Shown here: in pieces, positions 21,861 to 30,948 of the stretch | Layout: every line of letters starts with the position of its first letter | How positions within the stretch are numbered: position 1 is the first letter of the stretch | NCBI GenBank assembly: GCA_048538235.1 | Contig: JBLYPX010000001.1 | Span: 200,013 to 264,012 of the forward strand | Reading direction: 5' to 3' | Length of the DNA stretch: 64,000 nt | Origin: Candidatus Komeilibacteria bacterium | GTDB taxonomy: Bacteria; Patescibacteriota; Patescibacteriia; UBA1558 | The notes under the pieces: model-generated | Databases searched by the model: none | Told to the model about the DNA's origin: nothing | What the model saw: only the letters and a program-made list of their open reading frames with translations | Position numbers and translations under genes: made by a program

Positions 21861-21954
21861 TTGTAAAAATAAGGTATTTTAAGAATTCTTATCCACATTT
21901 GGTCAGACCTGTATATATTTGGTAAAATGGTGAAAGAATATTAATTAAAATACT

Positions 21955-22455
21955 ATGGCTAAAGAAAAATATATACGCCCTAATTGGGATGAATATTTTA
22001 TGAGAATAAGAGAAGCTGTTTCTTTAAGGGCAACTTGTGGTAGGGGAAGAGCTGGTTGTGTTATTACCAAAGATAATCATATTTTATCTACTGGTTATGT
22101 TGGTGCGCCTTCTGGATTACCAGATTGTGATGAGGTTGGGCATTTAATTACACAATCAACAGTTGAAAATGATGATAGTGGTGAATTGCACGATCATTGT
22201 GTGAGAACACTACACGCTGAACAAAATGCAATAGTTTATGCAGCTCGTAAAGGAGTGTCTTTAGAGGGAGCTTCAATATATATTAGTATGGAGCCTTGTC
22301 CAGTTTGTGCTCGTTTAATTATAGCTTCTGGCATTAAAAGAGTAGTGTGTGAGAAAAGATATCGTACAGCAGATTATACTAGAGATATGTTAAAACAAGC
22401 TGGTGTTCAATTAGATGTTTTAAGTGAAGAGGTACAAAAATATGAAGGCGAATAA
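21955..22455 (+). CDS. comEB: dCMP deaminase (ComEB/T4-cd family zinc deaminase)
   Basis: The HAEQNAI and PCPVCARLI zinc-binding motifs. Confidence 0.85.
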   Translation: MAKEKYIRPNWDEYFMRIREAVSLRATCGRGRAGCVITKDNHILSTGYVGAPSGLPDCDEVGHLITQSTVENDDSGELHDHCVRTLHAEQNAIVYAARKGVSLEGASIYISMEPCPVCARLIIASGIKRVVCEKRYRTADYTRDMLKQAGVQLDVLSEEVQKYEGE

Positions 22456-23032
22456 ATTAGTATGCATTGTTGGCTTAACAGGTTCTGGTAAAACTGAAAT
22501 AGCAGATTATTTTAAGGACCAAGGTTATTCATATGTTAGGTTTGGTCAGATTACCTTGGATGAGGTTGCTAAAAGAGGATTAGAACCTACTGAGGCTAAT
22601 GAAAGACCTATTCGTGAAGCGTTTAGGGCTGAGCATGGGCCAGCAGCTTTTGCTATTTTAAATATGCCTAAATTCAATGAGGGTTTAGAAAAAGGTAATG
22701 TTATTGGAGATGGGCTATATAGTTGGTCAGAGTATAAAGTTTTGAAAGAGAAATATGGTGAGCAGTTTATTGTAATTGCCGTTATTGCTTCACCTAATAT
22801 ACGTTATGCTAGATTAACAAATAGGGCAGATAAGTATGGTGATGATCCTAAGATGATACATCGGTCTGCAACCCTTGAGGCAGCTCAGGCAAGAGATTAT
22901 GCTGAAATTGAAAACATTGAAAAGGCAGGACCTATTGCAATGGCAAATTACACAATATTAAACGAAGGAACCTTGGAAGAGTTTCAAGAAAAGATTAAAG
23001 AAGTTTTTAATAAAATAAACAATGAAGATTAA
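22442..23032 (+). CDS. P-loop nucleoside/nucleotide monophosphate kinase-like protein (dNMP-kinase-like). The start could alternatively be 22424.
   Basis: Walker A GLTGSGKTEIAD. It sits inside the dTMP-synthesis operon, so its context resembles T4 gp1. Confidence 0.4.
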   Translation: MKANKLVCIVGLTGSGKTEIADYFKDQGYSYVRFGQITLDEVAKRGLEPTEANERPIREAFRAEHGPAAFAILNMPKFNEGLEKGNVIGDGLYSWSEYKVLKEKYGEQFIVIAVIASPNIRYARLTNRADKYGDDPKMIHRSATLEAAQARDYAEIENIEKAGPIAMANYTILNEGTLEEFQEKIKEVFNKINNED

Positions 23033-23444
23033 GATAAAAAAATTACATCCCGATACTAAATTACCAAGTTATGCAAATAAGGGTGATGCTGGTATGGATG
23101 TTTTTTCTTTGGAAGACAAAGCAATAAAACCTGGAGAGAGGTATTTATTTAAATTAGGCTTTGCCATGGAAATTCCAGATGGCTATGTGGGTTTGTTTTG
23201 GGATAAATCTGGTATAGCATCTAAACATGGTATTCATACATTAGCAGGCGTTATTGATTCAATTTATAGAGGAGAGTTTGGTGTTGTTATGTTAAATACT
23301 AGTGACGAAAGTTACGAATTTAAAAAGGGAGATAAATTGGCTCAACTTCTTATTCAGCCAATAGTTAGCCCTGAACTTGAAGAAGTTGAAGAGCTTTCAG
23401 ATACAAATAGGGGTGATGGAGGTTTTGGTAGTACAGGCAAATAA
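23022..23444 (+). CDS. dut: dUTP diphosphatase
   Basis: [17 protein letters not shown] and the C-terminal [10 protein letters not shown] motifs. Confidence 0.9.
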   Translation: MKIKIKKLHPDTKLPSYANKGDAGMDVFSLEDKAIKPGERYLFKLGFAMEIPDGYVGLFWDKSGIASKHGIHTLAGVIDSIYRGEFGVVMLNTSDESYEFKKGDKLAQLLIQPIVSPELEEVEELSDTNRGDGGFGSTGK

Positions 23445-23458
23445 TTAATTTATATACT

Positions 23459-24355
23459 ATGAAGCAATATTTAGATTTATTACAGAAGATAATGGACGAG
23501 GGTGTAGATAAGGGCGATCGCACTGGTACGGGCACGAGAAGTGTTTTTGGACAGCAGATGAGATTTGATTTGTCTGAAGGATTTCCATTGTTAACAACAA
23601 AAAAGGTACATCTTAAATCTATCATTCATGAACTCATATGGTTTATCAGCGGTGATACTAGTATTAAATATTTAGTTGAAAATGGTGTTAGGATATGGAA
23701 TGAGTGGCCATTTCAAAAGTATTTAGAAGCAAATAGTTTGGCAGATAAATTTCCAAAATACACACCAGAGTGGGATGAAGAAATGAAAAAGTTTGTAGAA
23801 AGGATTAAAGAAGATGATGAATTTGCAAAAAAGTGGGGCCACATAGGTCCTGGTTACGGTAAACAGTGGAGAGACTTTGGAGGTGTTGATCAATTAGCAG
23901 AGGCAATAGATAAGATAAAGAACAATCCTAATGATAGAAGAATAATTGTTTCAGCATGGAATCCGGCCGAAGTGGATAAAATGGCTCTACCTCCATGTCA
24001 TATGTTCTATCAATTTTATGTAGCAAATGGTAAATTGTCATGTTTAATGTATCAAAGAAGCTGTGATACATTTTTAGGCGTGCCATTCAATATTGCATCA
24101 TATGCCCTACTTACTATGATGGTAGCTCAGGTAACCGGATTAGAACCGGGGGAATTTGTACATGTGTTGGGCGATACTCATATTTATAGTAATCATTTTG
24201 ATCAAGTTAAAGAACAGTTAAGTCGTGAGCCGAGAAAATTACCAACTATGAAAATAAATCCAGATGTTAAAAATATAGAAGATTTTGTATATGAAGATTT
24301 TGAGCTCGTTGGTTATGATCCGCATCCATTAATTAAAGCACCTATTTCTGTGTAA
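23459..24355 (+). CDS. thyA: Thymidylate synthase (ThyA)
   Basis: [23 protein letters not shown] and YQRSCD. Confidence 0.95.
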   Translation: MKQYLDLLQKIMDEGVDKGDRTGTGTRSVFGQQMRFDLSEGFPLLTTKKVHLKSIIHELIWFISGDTSIKYLVENGVRIWNEWPFQKYLEANSLADKFPKYTPEWDEEMKKFVERIKEDDEFAKKWGHIGPGYGKQWRDFGGVDQLAEAIDKIKNNPNDRRIIVSAWNPAEVDKMALPPCHMFYQFYVANGKLSCLMYQRSCDTFLGVPFNIASYALLTMMVAQVTGLEPGEFVHVLGDTHIYSNHFDQVKEQLSREPRKLPTMKINPDVKNIEDFVYEDFELVGYDPHPLIKAPISV

Positions 24356-24356
24356 T

Positions 24357-24836
24357 ATGCCAAGATTAAGTACAATTGTAGCTATAGATAAAAAAAGAGG
24401 CATTGGTAAAGATAATAAATTGCTTTGCCATATTTCTAATGATTTAAAAAGGTTTAAAAAGATAACTACTGGTCATACAATATTAATGGGCAGTACAACT
24501 TATGAGTCGATTGGAAAACCTTTGCCAAACAGAATCAATGTTGTGGTAGCTTTTGACCCGGACTATAAAGCCGAAGGATGCGTGGTTTTTAACGATTTAG
24601 ATGAGGCTATTACTTGGGCAAAAAATAATGAACCAGAGGAAGTGTTTATTACAGGTGGTGCTTCAATTTACAAACAAACCATAGATAAAGTAGATAGGTT
24701 GTATTTAACAATAATAGATGAGGAGTTTGAAGCAGATACTTTTTTTCCAGAATATGATCAATTCACAAGAGTTATTAAAGAGGAGTCTGGTAAGGACGGA
24801 GAATATAATTATAAATTTATTATTTTAGAGAAATAA
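24357..24836 (+). CDS. folA: Dihydrofolate reductase
   Basis: IVAIDKKRGIGKDNKL...MGSTTYESIG. It immediately follows thyA. Confidence 0.85.
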   Translation: MPRLSTIVAIDKKRGIGKDNKLLCHISNDLKRFKKITTGHTILMGSTTYESIGKPLPNRINVVVAFDPDYKAEGCVVFNDLDEAITWAKNNEPEEVFITGGASIYKQTIDKVDRLYLTIIDEEFEADTFFPEYDQFTRVIKEESGKDGEYNYKFIILEK

Positions 24837-24838
24837 AA

Positions 24839-25447
24839 ATGAAAAGTGTGTTTATTAATTTTGAGGGTATTGATGGTTGTGGTAAAGATACGCAAATTGC
24901 ATTGTTAACAAAACGTTTACAGGAAGAAGGTTATCAGTTATTTGTTGGCCTTGAGCCCACCTATACATTTGAACCGGGTAAAAGGATTCGTAAAATTTTA
25001 ACTCATGAATTGCCAGCACCAGAACCTGAAGAGATGCAGTATTTATATTATGAGGATAGAAAAGAGCATGTAGATAAAATGATTAGGCCAGCGCTTAATG
25101 CAGGTGTTGTTGTTGTGGAAAACAGATATATGTTTTCTACTATGGCCTATGGCACGGCTTTTGGAGTGGATTATGATTTAATAAGAAGCTGGCATGATAA
25201 TATGCCCATTCCAAATTTAAATTTTTACTTAGACATTCCTGCGGAGGTTGGGGTAAAAAGGGTGGCTAGTAATGGTAAGCCAGAATATTTTGATAAAGTA
25301 GAGTTTTTGGAAAAAATAGACAGGTCATATAAAGAAATATGGCTGAAAGATGAGTGGAGAGATTCAGTGATCATTATAGACGGTGAAAAGAGTATTGAAG
25401 AGATACATGAAAAAATTTGGGAAATAGTTAAAGAAAAGCTGGTCTAA
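24839..25447 (+). CDS. tmk: Thymidylate kinase
   Basis: P-loop FEGIDGCGKDTQ; the LID and DR/Y motif region is present. Confidence 0.9.
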   Translation: MKSVFINFEGIDGCGKDTQIALLTKRLQEEGYQLFVGLEPTYTFEPGKRIRKILTHELPAPEPEEMQYLYYEDRKEHVDKMIRPALNAGVVVVENRYMFSTMAYGTAFGVDYDLIRSWHDNMPIPNLNFYLDIPAEVGVKRVASNGKPEYFDKVEFLEKIDRSYKEIWLKDEWRDSVIIIDGEKSIEEIHEKIWEIVKEKLV

Positions 25448-25483
25448 AGGCCAGTTTTTTTTATCCTCAAAATATGCTAAAAT

Positions 25484-26053
25484 ATGCATATGTTATATGA
25501 AGTAGAGGTTAGTAGCCTCTTAAAACCAGCTGGTTTTAAGAAGGTATATAAATATTTAAAAAGATCTGGAAAACTGTTAAAGGAAGAACAAACTGAGACA
25601 GTTGTTTTTGAAACCTCAAAGGGGGATTTAAGATTGGTTAAGAATGAAGAGCAAGTTAAGCTTATTTGTAAAATCGGAAATGTATTTCATGAGGTTAGGC
25701 CAGAGATGGAAGTGCTAGCGGATATTAAAGATATGGATGAGCTAGAGAAGATATTTATTGCTTTAGGTTTTAAAGTTGCTTGCCGGTATAAAAAGAAAAG
25801 AGTACATTTTAGATGGCAGGGAACAACTATAAGTTTAGATAATGTTAAAGGCTTTGGTTTGATTATGGAGATGGAGAAATTAGTTGATGGTCGTTTGGTT
25901 AAAAAGGCAGAAGAAGATATTCGTGAAAAGCTTACAAAACTTTTAGATAAGTTTAGTATTGCTGTAACACCAGTTAGTGAATTAAATAAAATGTACAAAC
26001 ATTATTTAAATAATTGGAGTAAATTAATTAAGAAGAATTACACGAGAATATAA
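25484..26053 (+). CDS. CYTH-domain protein (class IV adenylate cyclase / triphosphatase-like)
   Basis: N-terminal EVEV (an ExExK-like motif). The size and the beta-rich pattern are consistent with CYTH. Confidence 0.4.
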   Translation: MHMLYEVEVSSLLKPAGFKKVYKYLKRSGKLLKEEQTETVVFETSKGDLRLVKNEEQVKLICKIGNVFHEVRPEMEVLADIKDMDELEKIFIALGFKVACRYKKKRVHFRWQGTTISLDNVKGFGLIMEMEKLVDGRLVKKAEEDIREKLTKLLDKFSIAVTPVSELNKMYKHYLNNWSKLIKKNYTRI

Positions 26054-27546
26054 TGGAATTCGATGTCATCATAGGATTAGAAACACATATACAGCTTAAA
26101 ACAAGGTCTAAGCTTTTTTGTAGTTGTTCAAATAGTAGTGAAGATTTAAATCCAAATACTGCTATTTGCCCTGTTTGTATGGGTCATCCTGGTGTTTTAC
26201 CAGTTTTAAATAAACAAGCTTTAGATTGGGCAATATTAATGTCGCTTGGTTTAAATATGGAAATTGCTAAAGAAACAAAGTTTGATCGTAAAAACTATTT
26301 TTATCCAGACTTGCCAAAGGGTTACCAGATTTCTCAGTTCGATAAACCAGTTGGTGAGCATGGTTCTATTATTATTAATACAGACAAAGGTGAGAAAAAG
26401 ATTGGTATTACCAGGCTTCATTTAGAAGAAGACGCTGCTAAGAACTTACATTTTGAAGATAAAACATTAGTAGACTATAACCGTTCTAGTACGCCACTGG
26501 TTGAAATAGTTTCAGAACCAGAGATGAGAACCCCAGCCGAGGCTAAGGCATATATGCAAGAGATAAGATTGATTGCTCGTTATTTGGGTATATCTGATGC
26601 AGATATGGAAAAAGGTAATTTAAGGTGTGATGCTAATATTTCTTTAAGGCCAGTTAATGAAAAGAAATTAAGCCCAAAAACTGAGATTAAGAATATTAAT
26701 TCTTTTAAGAATGTAGAAAAAGCTTTAACCTATGAAGTGGAAAGACAGAAGCAATTATGGCTATCTGGTGAGCCACCAGCTAGTGAAGAAACTAGAGGTT
26801 GGGATGCAGATAAAGGTATAACTTATTCACAAAGATCTAAAGAAGGATCAGATGATTACAGGTATTTCCCTGAACCAGATTTACCATTGTTTAAAATTAG
26901 TTCTGGCATGATAAAACAAATTGAAGAAGATATGGTTGAATTGCCAATTCAAAAAAGACAACGTTTTGCTCAAGAATATGGATTAGCTATGAAAGATATT
27001 GAAGTTTTAATTGAATCAAAGGCTCTTGCTAATTATTTTGAAAAAGTGGTAACAGAATTAAGAAGTTGGTTAGAGACAGAGGTTGAAGGTGATCATGATG
27101 AAGTTTGGGAGAAGAATAGAAAGAAAGTGGTAAAGCTTGCTAATGGTTGGATTACTACTGAATTGTTTAAATTGATGAAGGAAAATAAACTTAAGATTAA
27201 TGATGTTAAAATAACACCTGAGAATATGGCAGAGTTTATAACCCTTATATATTTAAGTAAGGTTAATAGTTCAGCTGCTCAAATAATTTTAAAAGAGATG
27301 TTTGATACTGGTGCTGACCCAACTCATGTTATGGATGACAAAGACCTTGGTCAAATGGAAGCAGGGGAGGAGCTAGATAAGATAATAGATTTAATAATTG
27401 AAAGTAATCCTGATCAGGTTGCTGAGTTTAAAGCAGGTAAGGATCCTATTATTAAATATTTAATAGGACTAGGCATGAAGGCTACTAAAGGTAAAGGTAA
27501 TCCTGCAGATTTAGAAAATATATTTAGAGAAAAATTAAAAGATTAG
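26053..27546 (+). CDS. gatB: Asp-tRNA(Asn)/Glu-tRNA(Gln) amidotransferase subunit B
   Basis: MEFDVIIGLETHIQL..., CPVCMGHPGVLPVLN, and a C-terminal GatB/YqeY domain. Confidence 0.95.
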   Translation: MEFDVIIGLETHIQLKTRSKLFCSCSNSSEDLNPNTAICPVCMGHPGVLPVLNKQALDWAILMSLGLNMEIAKETKFDRKNYFYPDLPKGYQISQFDKPVGEHGSIIINTDKGEKKIGITRLHLEEDAAKNLHFEDKTLVDYNRSSTPLVEIVSEPEMRTPAEAKAYMQEIRLIARYLGISDADMEKGNLRCDANISLRPVNEKKLSPKTEIKNINSFKNVEKALTYEVERQKQLWLSGEPPASEETRGWDADKGITYSQRSKEGSDDYRYFPEPDLPLFKISSGMIKQIEEDMVELPIQKRQRFAQEYGLAMKDIEVLIESKALANYFEKVVTELRSWLETEVEGDHDEVWEKNRKKVVKLANGWITTELFKLMKENKLKINDVKITPENMAEFITLIYLSKVNSSAAQIILKEMFDTGADPTHVMDDKDLGQMEAGEELDKIIDLIIESNPDQVAEFKAGKDPIIKYLIGLGMKATKGKGNPADLENIFREKLKD

Positions 27547-27547
27547 A

Positions 27548-27946
27548 ATGAAGTATTTAAAAACAAAGTATAAAAATATTAGGCATTTGCCTGTTTTTAT
27601 TTTCATCTGGTTGCCTTTTGCTTTTATTATAGTGCTAGATATTATTATTGAAATTTATCATCGTATATCTTTCCCTATATACAAAGTTCCCTGTATTGTT
27701 AGAAGTGAATATATCAAAATAGATAGACACAAATTAAGTTATTTAAGTTTTAGACAAAAAATATATTGTGTTTATTGTGGTTATGTAAATGGTGTATTTG
27801 CATATTGGGTAAAGATTGCTGGTGAAACAGAAAAATATTGGTGTGGAATAAAACACAAACCATCAGCAAATTTTCATGAACCAGCTCATCATAGCGAATT
27901 AGTAGATTATGGTGATGAACAGCAGTTTATTGAGCAATATAAGTAG
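27548..27946 (+). CDS. Hypothetical membrane-anchored Cys/His-rich protein
   Basis: An N-terminal TM helix. Motifs CVYCGY..W..C and HEPAHH. No family assigned. Confidence 0.45.
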   Translation: MKYLKTKYKNIRHLPVFIFIWLPFAFIIVLDIIIEIYHRISFPIYKVPCIVRSEYIKIDRHKLSYLSFRQKIYCVYCGYVNGVFAYWVKIAGETEKYWCGIKHKPSANFHEPAHHSELVDYGDEQQFIEQYK

Positions 27947-27965
27947 TAAAAGCTATTCCTGGCTA

Positions 27966-27994
27966 TTGACAATACTCGCAAAACGTGTATAATG
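27966..27994 (+). promoter_or_regulatory. Consensus sigma70 promoter (TTGACA, 17 nt spacer, TATAAT) with a 5'UTR of about 130 nt for the RRM protein gene
   Basis: A perfect match to both hexamers, read directly. Confidence 0.6.
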
Positions 27995-28126
27995 CACGGG
28001 TAAGTATACTCAATATTATTCGTGTTATATATAACCTGGGCAGTGCGGGGTAATAGATAATGCATTTAAGGTAGTATTTAGAGAAGGTCGTCTTGCATAC
28101 TTAATTAAGATCAATTATTTTTACAA

Positions 28127-28387
28127 ATGGAAAAAAAATTATACGTTGGTAACCTTTCATATAGTACTACTGAAGAAAGTCTTTCTGAAGCATTTGCTCA
28201 GTCTGGTACTGTAGAATCTGCAGTTGTTATTAAAGACAAAATGTCAGGTCGTTCAAAAGGATTTGGTTTCGTTGAGATGTCTTCACCAGAAGAAGCTCAA
28301 GCTGCTATTGAACTTTGGAATGACAAAGAACTTGACGGTCGTGCAATTAAAGTGAACGAAGCAAGACCAATGGAAGATCGTCGTTAA
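28127..28387 (+). CDS. RRM-type RNA-binding protein (Rbp/glycine-less type)
   Basis: RNP2 LYVGNL and RNP1 KGFGFVEM. Confidence 0.85.
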   Translation: MEKKLYVGNLSYSTTEESLSEAFAQSGTVESAVVIKDKMSGRSKGFGFVEMSSPEEAQAAIELWNDKELDGRAIKVNEARPMEDRR

Positions 28388-28409
28388 AATACAATTTACG
28401 ATATATAAA

Positions 28410-28438
28410 AACAGAGTGCGCACGACTCTGTTTTTTTG
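28410..28438 (+). terminator. Rho-independent terminator
   Basis: CAGAGTgcgcacgACTCTG followed by TTTTTTTG. Confidence 0.75.
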
Positions 28439-28500
28439 TTTGACTATAATTATTATGGATGTTAATTTATACTTAGAACATTCAATAAAAGGAGGAAAGG

Positions 28501-28671
28501 ATGAGAAAGCTGATCTTTAATTCAGTGTTTATAGTAGTAGTATTTGTCTGTATTTTGCTAGGTTTTATGGAGAATTGGTTTCATGCTATAACTGGGCTAG
28601 CTCTTGGATCTTGGTTGGGGTTTAGCCTGGCCATTGCAATTGATTGTCTATTACCAAGCAAAAAGAAATAA
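28501..28671 (+). CDS. Hypothetical small membrane protein (56 aa). It is below the cutoff and so absent from the ORF track.
   Basis: AAAGGAGGAAAGG sits directly upstream of the ATG. The product has two TM helices. Confidence 0.4.
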   Translation: MRKLIFNSVFIVVVFVCILLGFMENWFHAITGLALGSWLGFSLAIAIDCLLPSKKK

Positions 28672-28705
28672 AAGCTATGTATTTATATAATATATAGCTT
28701 TTTTA
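28672..28705 (+). terminator. Hairpin terminator
   Basis: AAGCTATgtatttatataatatATAGCTT followed by TTTT. Confidence 0.55.
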
Positions 28706-28880
28706 GTAAAAAAATGCCCTTAGCGGATGCTAAGGGCGGTGCAGGACAGAAGGAGTAATTAGTTTTACTCCCGGTGCAGGGGTTGTTTGCTTTTAAAGCA
28801 ATAAATGTACGATATTGGCTTTTATTCTATAATTTATTTAAATTAATGTCAAGAGCGCTTCTTTATGTTAAAATATTGGT

Positions 28881-29561
28881 ATGAATTGGAGTAAAAAAAT
28901 ATATCCTTGTATTACAACAGGACCCAAACAATCATGGCAGTCTAAAATCTGGGAGTGCGATAGACTTAATATTCAAGAGGTGTCTGTTTTTCCAACCTTT
29001 CTTAAATTAAATGAAAGAAAGAAGCTTTATGCTGCTTTGGAAAAAAGTAATATTAAGCACATTCCCCATGTACACATTAGAGATGACTTTAAGAAATGGG
29101 AGATGGATTTCTTTTTTAAGAAATATGGTACTAGATATTTTAATATTCATGAACATTCTTTTGATGATTTACATAATTATCCAGAGTATAAGAAATATAT
29201 ATATTTAGAGTATAACTATAATAATCGTATACCAAAGATGGTAAAGGTTAATAAGATTGCTGGCTTGTGTATAGATTTTTCACACATGTGGGCTGCTAAA
29301 AATAGAAGTGCTAAAGAATTTGATGAGATAAATAAAAATATAAAAAGTTTTAAGGTTGGCTGTAATCATTTAAATGGTTATTCGTATAGGTATAGAAGAG
29401 ATGTTCATTTTATTACAGATAAAAAGCAATTAGATTATTTAAAAGATATCCCAAATAAATATTTTGGCAATGTAATATCATTGGAGATGCAGAATAGTAT
29501 AGTTGAGCAGCTTAAATATAAAAAATATATTGTAAGTATTTTGAGTAAAAAAAGTAATTAA
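28881..29561 (+). CDS. Hypothetical protein, possibly a xylose-isomerase-like TIM-barrel (AP endonuclease 2 / sugar-phosphate isomerase) fold
   Basis: AGLCIDFSHMWAA and CNHLNG...RRDVHF resemble the Nfo-like motifs vgvClDtcH and hlNDs. GC is very low. Confidence 0.35.
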   Translation: MNWSKKIYPCITTGPKQSWQSKIWECDRLNIQEVSVFPTFLKLNERKKLYAALEKSNIKHIPHVHIRDDFKKWEMDFFFKKYGTRYFNIHEHSFDDLHNYPEYKKYIYLEYNYNNRIPKMVKVNKIAGLCIDFSHMWAAKNRSAKEFDEINKNIKSFKVGCNHLNGYSYRYRRDVHFITDKKQLDYLKDIPNKYFGNVISLEMQNSIVEQLKYKKYIVSILSKKSN

Positions 29562-29582
29562 ATTAGGTAAAATTGTATATAA

Positions 29583-29615
29583 ATAGCGGTGTTTTTAAAT
29601 ACCGCTATTTTACTT
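29583..29615 (+). terminator. Hairpin terminator
   Basis: AATAGCGGTgtttttaaatACCGCTATT followed by TT. Confidence 0.5.
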
Positions 29616-29653
29616 GTTAAATTACCTAAAAAATATTATAATATCTACATATT

Positions 29654-30943
29654 ATGGAAGAATTTAGAACAAATATTGCTAAGGACTTTGTAGGTCAAAA
29701 AGTCACCCTAAAAGCTTGGGTGGCTAATTTTCGCAGTAGTGGAAAAATATCCTTTTTACAACTAAGAGATGGTTATGGAATTATGCAGGCTATTGTAGCT
29801 GAATCTGAGGTTGATAAAAAAGTTTGGGAAGAAGTTTCTAAATTAACCCAAGAGAGTTCTGTAATAGTTAAAGGTACTATTAGTAAGCATCCTAAAAAAG
29901 AAGAGTATGAACTACAAGTTTCAGATTTAGAAATAGTTCAACTTGCAGATGAGTATCCAATTAGTAATAAGGAGCACGGCCCAGAGTTTTTATTAGATAA
30001 CCGTCATCTATGGTTAAGATCTTCAAGGCAGGTTGCTATACAAAAAGTTCGTAATACTATTATCAATGCCATTTACGAGTATTTAAACTTAAATGGTTTT
30101 ACTAAAATAGATTCACCAATTCTTACACCTAATGCTTGTGAAGGAACAACAGAGCTATTTGAGATGGATTATTTTGGTGAAAGAAAAGCTTATCTTTCTC
30201 AATCTGGTCAATTGTATTTAGAAGCAGCTATATCTGCTCATTCTAAGGTTTTTGACTTTGGTCCTGTATTTAGAGCAGAGAAATCTAAAACTAGAAGACA
30301 CCTGACAGAATTTTGGATGATGGATGCAGAAATGGCTTGGTATGAACATGAAGATAATTTAAGAGTTCAGGAAGAATTAATTTCTCATGTAGTTAAAAAG
30401 GTTCTGGAAATTAATATGACAGAACTTGAAATACTAGAAAGAGATATTGGAGCTTTGCAAAAGATAAAAGCGCCTTTTGTACGCATGACTCATGCTGAAG
30501 CTGTTAAGAAATTAAATAAATTAGGATCAGATATTAAATCTAATGAAGATTTGGGTGGTGACGATGAAACATTATTGACATCAGATTTAGATGTACCTGT
30601 ATTTGTTACTCATTGGCCAGCTGAAATTAAAGCTTTTTATATGAAAAGAGATGATAAAGGAAAGCTTGCTCTTTGTGATGATATGATAGCACCTGAAGGT
30701 TTTGGTGAGATTATTGGTGGTTCACAAAGAGAAGATAATTATGATGAATTATTAAAGAGAATTAAGGAACATAAATTACCAGAGAAGGAATTTCAATGGT
30801 ATTTAGATATACGTAAATATGGTAGTGTGCCACATTCAGGTTTTGGTATTGGTCTGGAAAGACTTGTTGGATGGATGTGTGGCACAAAACATGTTAGGGA
30901 AACAATTCCTTTCCCAAGAATGATTAATAGATTAGAACCATAA
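29654..30943 (+). CDS. asnS: Asparagine--tRNA ligase
   Basis: Class IIb motifs FRAEKSKTRRHLTEFWMMDAE and GFGIGLERLV. There is an N-terminal OB fold. Confidence 0.85.
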   Translation: MEEFRTNIAKDFVGQKVTLKAWVANFRSSGKISFLQLRDGYGIMQAIVAESEVDKKVWEEVSKLTQESSVIVKGTISKHPKKEEYELQVSDLEIVQLADEYPISNKEHGPEFLLDNRHLWLRSSRQVAIQKVRNTIINAIYEYLNLNGFTKIDSPILTPNACEGTTELFEMDYFGERKAYLSQSGQLYLEAAISAHSKVFDFGPVFRAEKSKTRRHLTEFWMMDAEMAWYEHEDNLRVQEELISHVVKKVLEINMTELEILERDIGALQKIKAPFVRMTHAEAVKKLNKLGSDIKSNEDLGGDDETLLTSDLDVPVFVTHWPAEIKAFYMKRDDKGKLALCDDMIAPEGFGEIIGGSQREDNYDELLKRIKEHKLPEKEFQWYLDIRKYGSVPHSGFGIGLERLVGWMCGTKHVRETIPFPRMINRLEP

Positions 30944-30948
30944 ATAAT

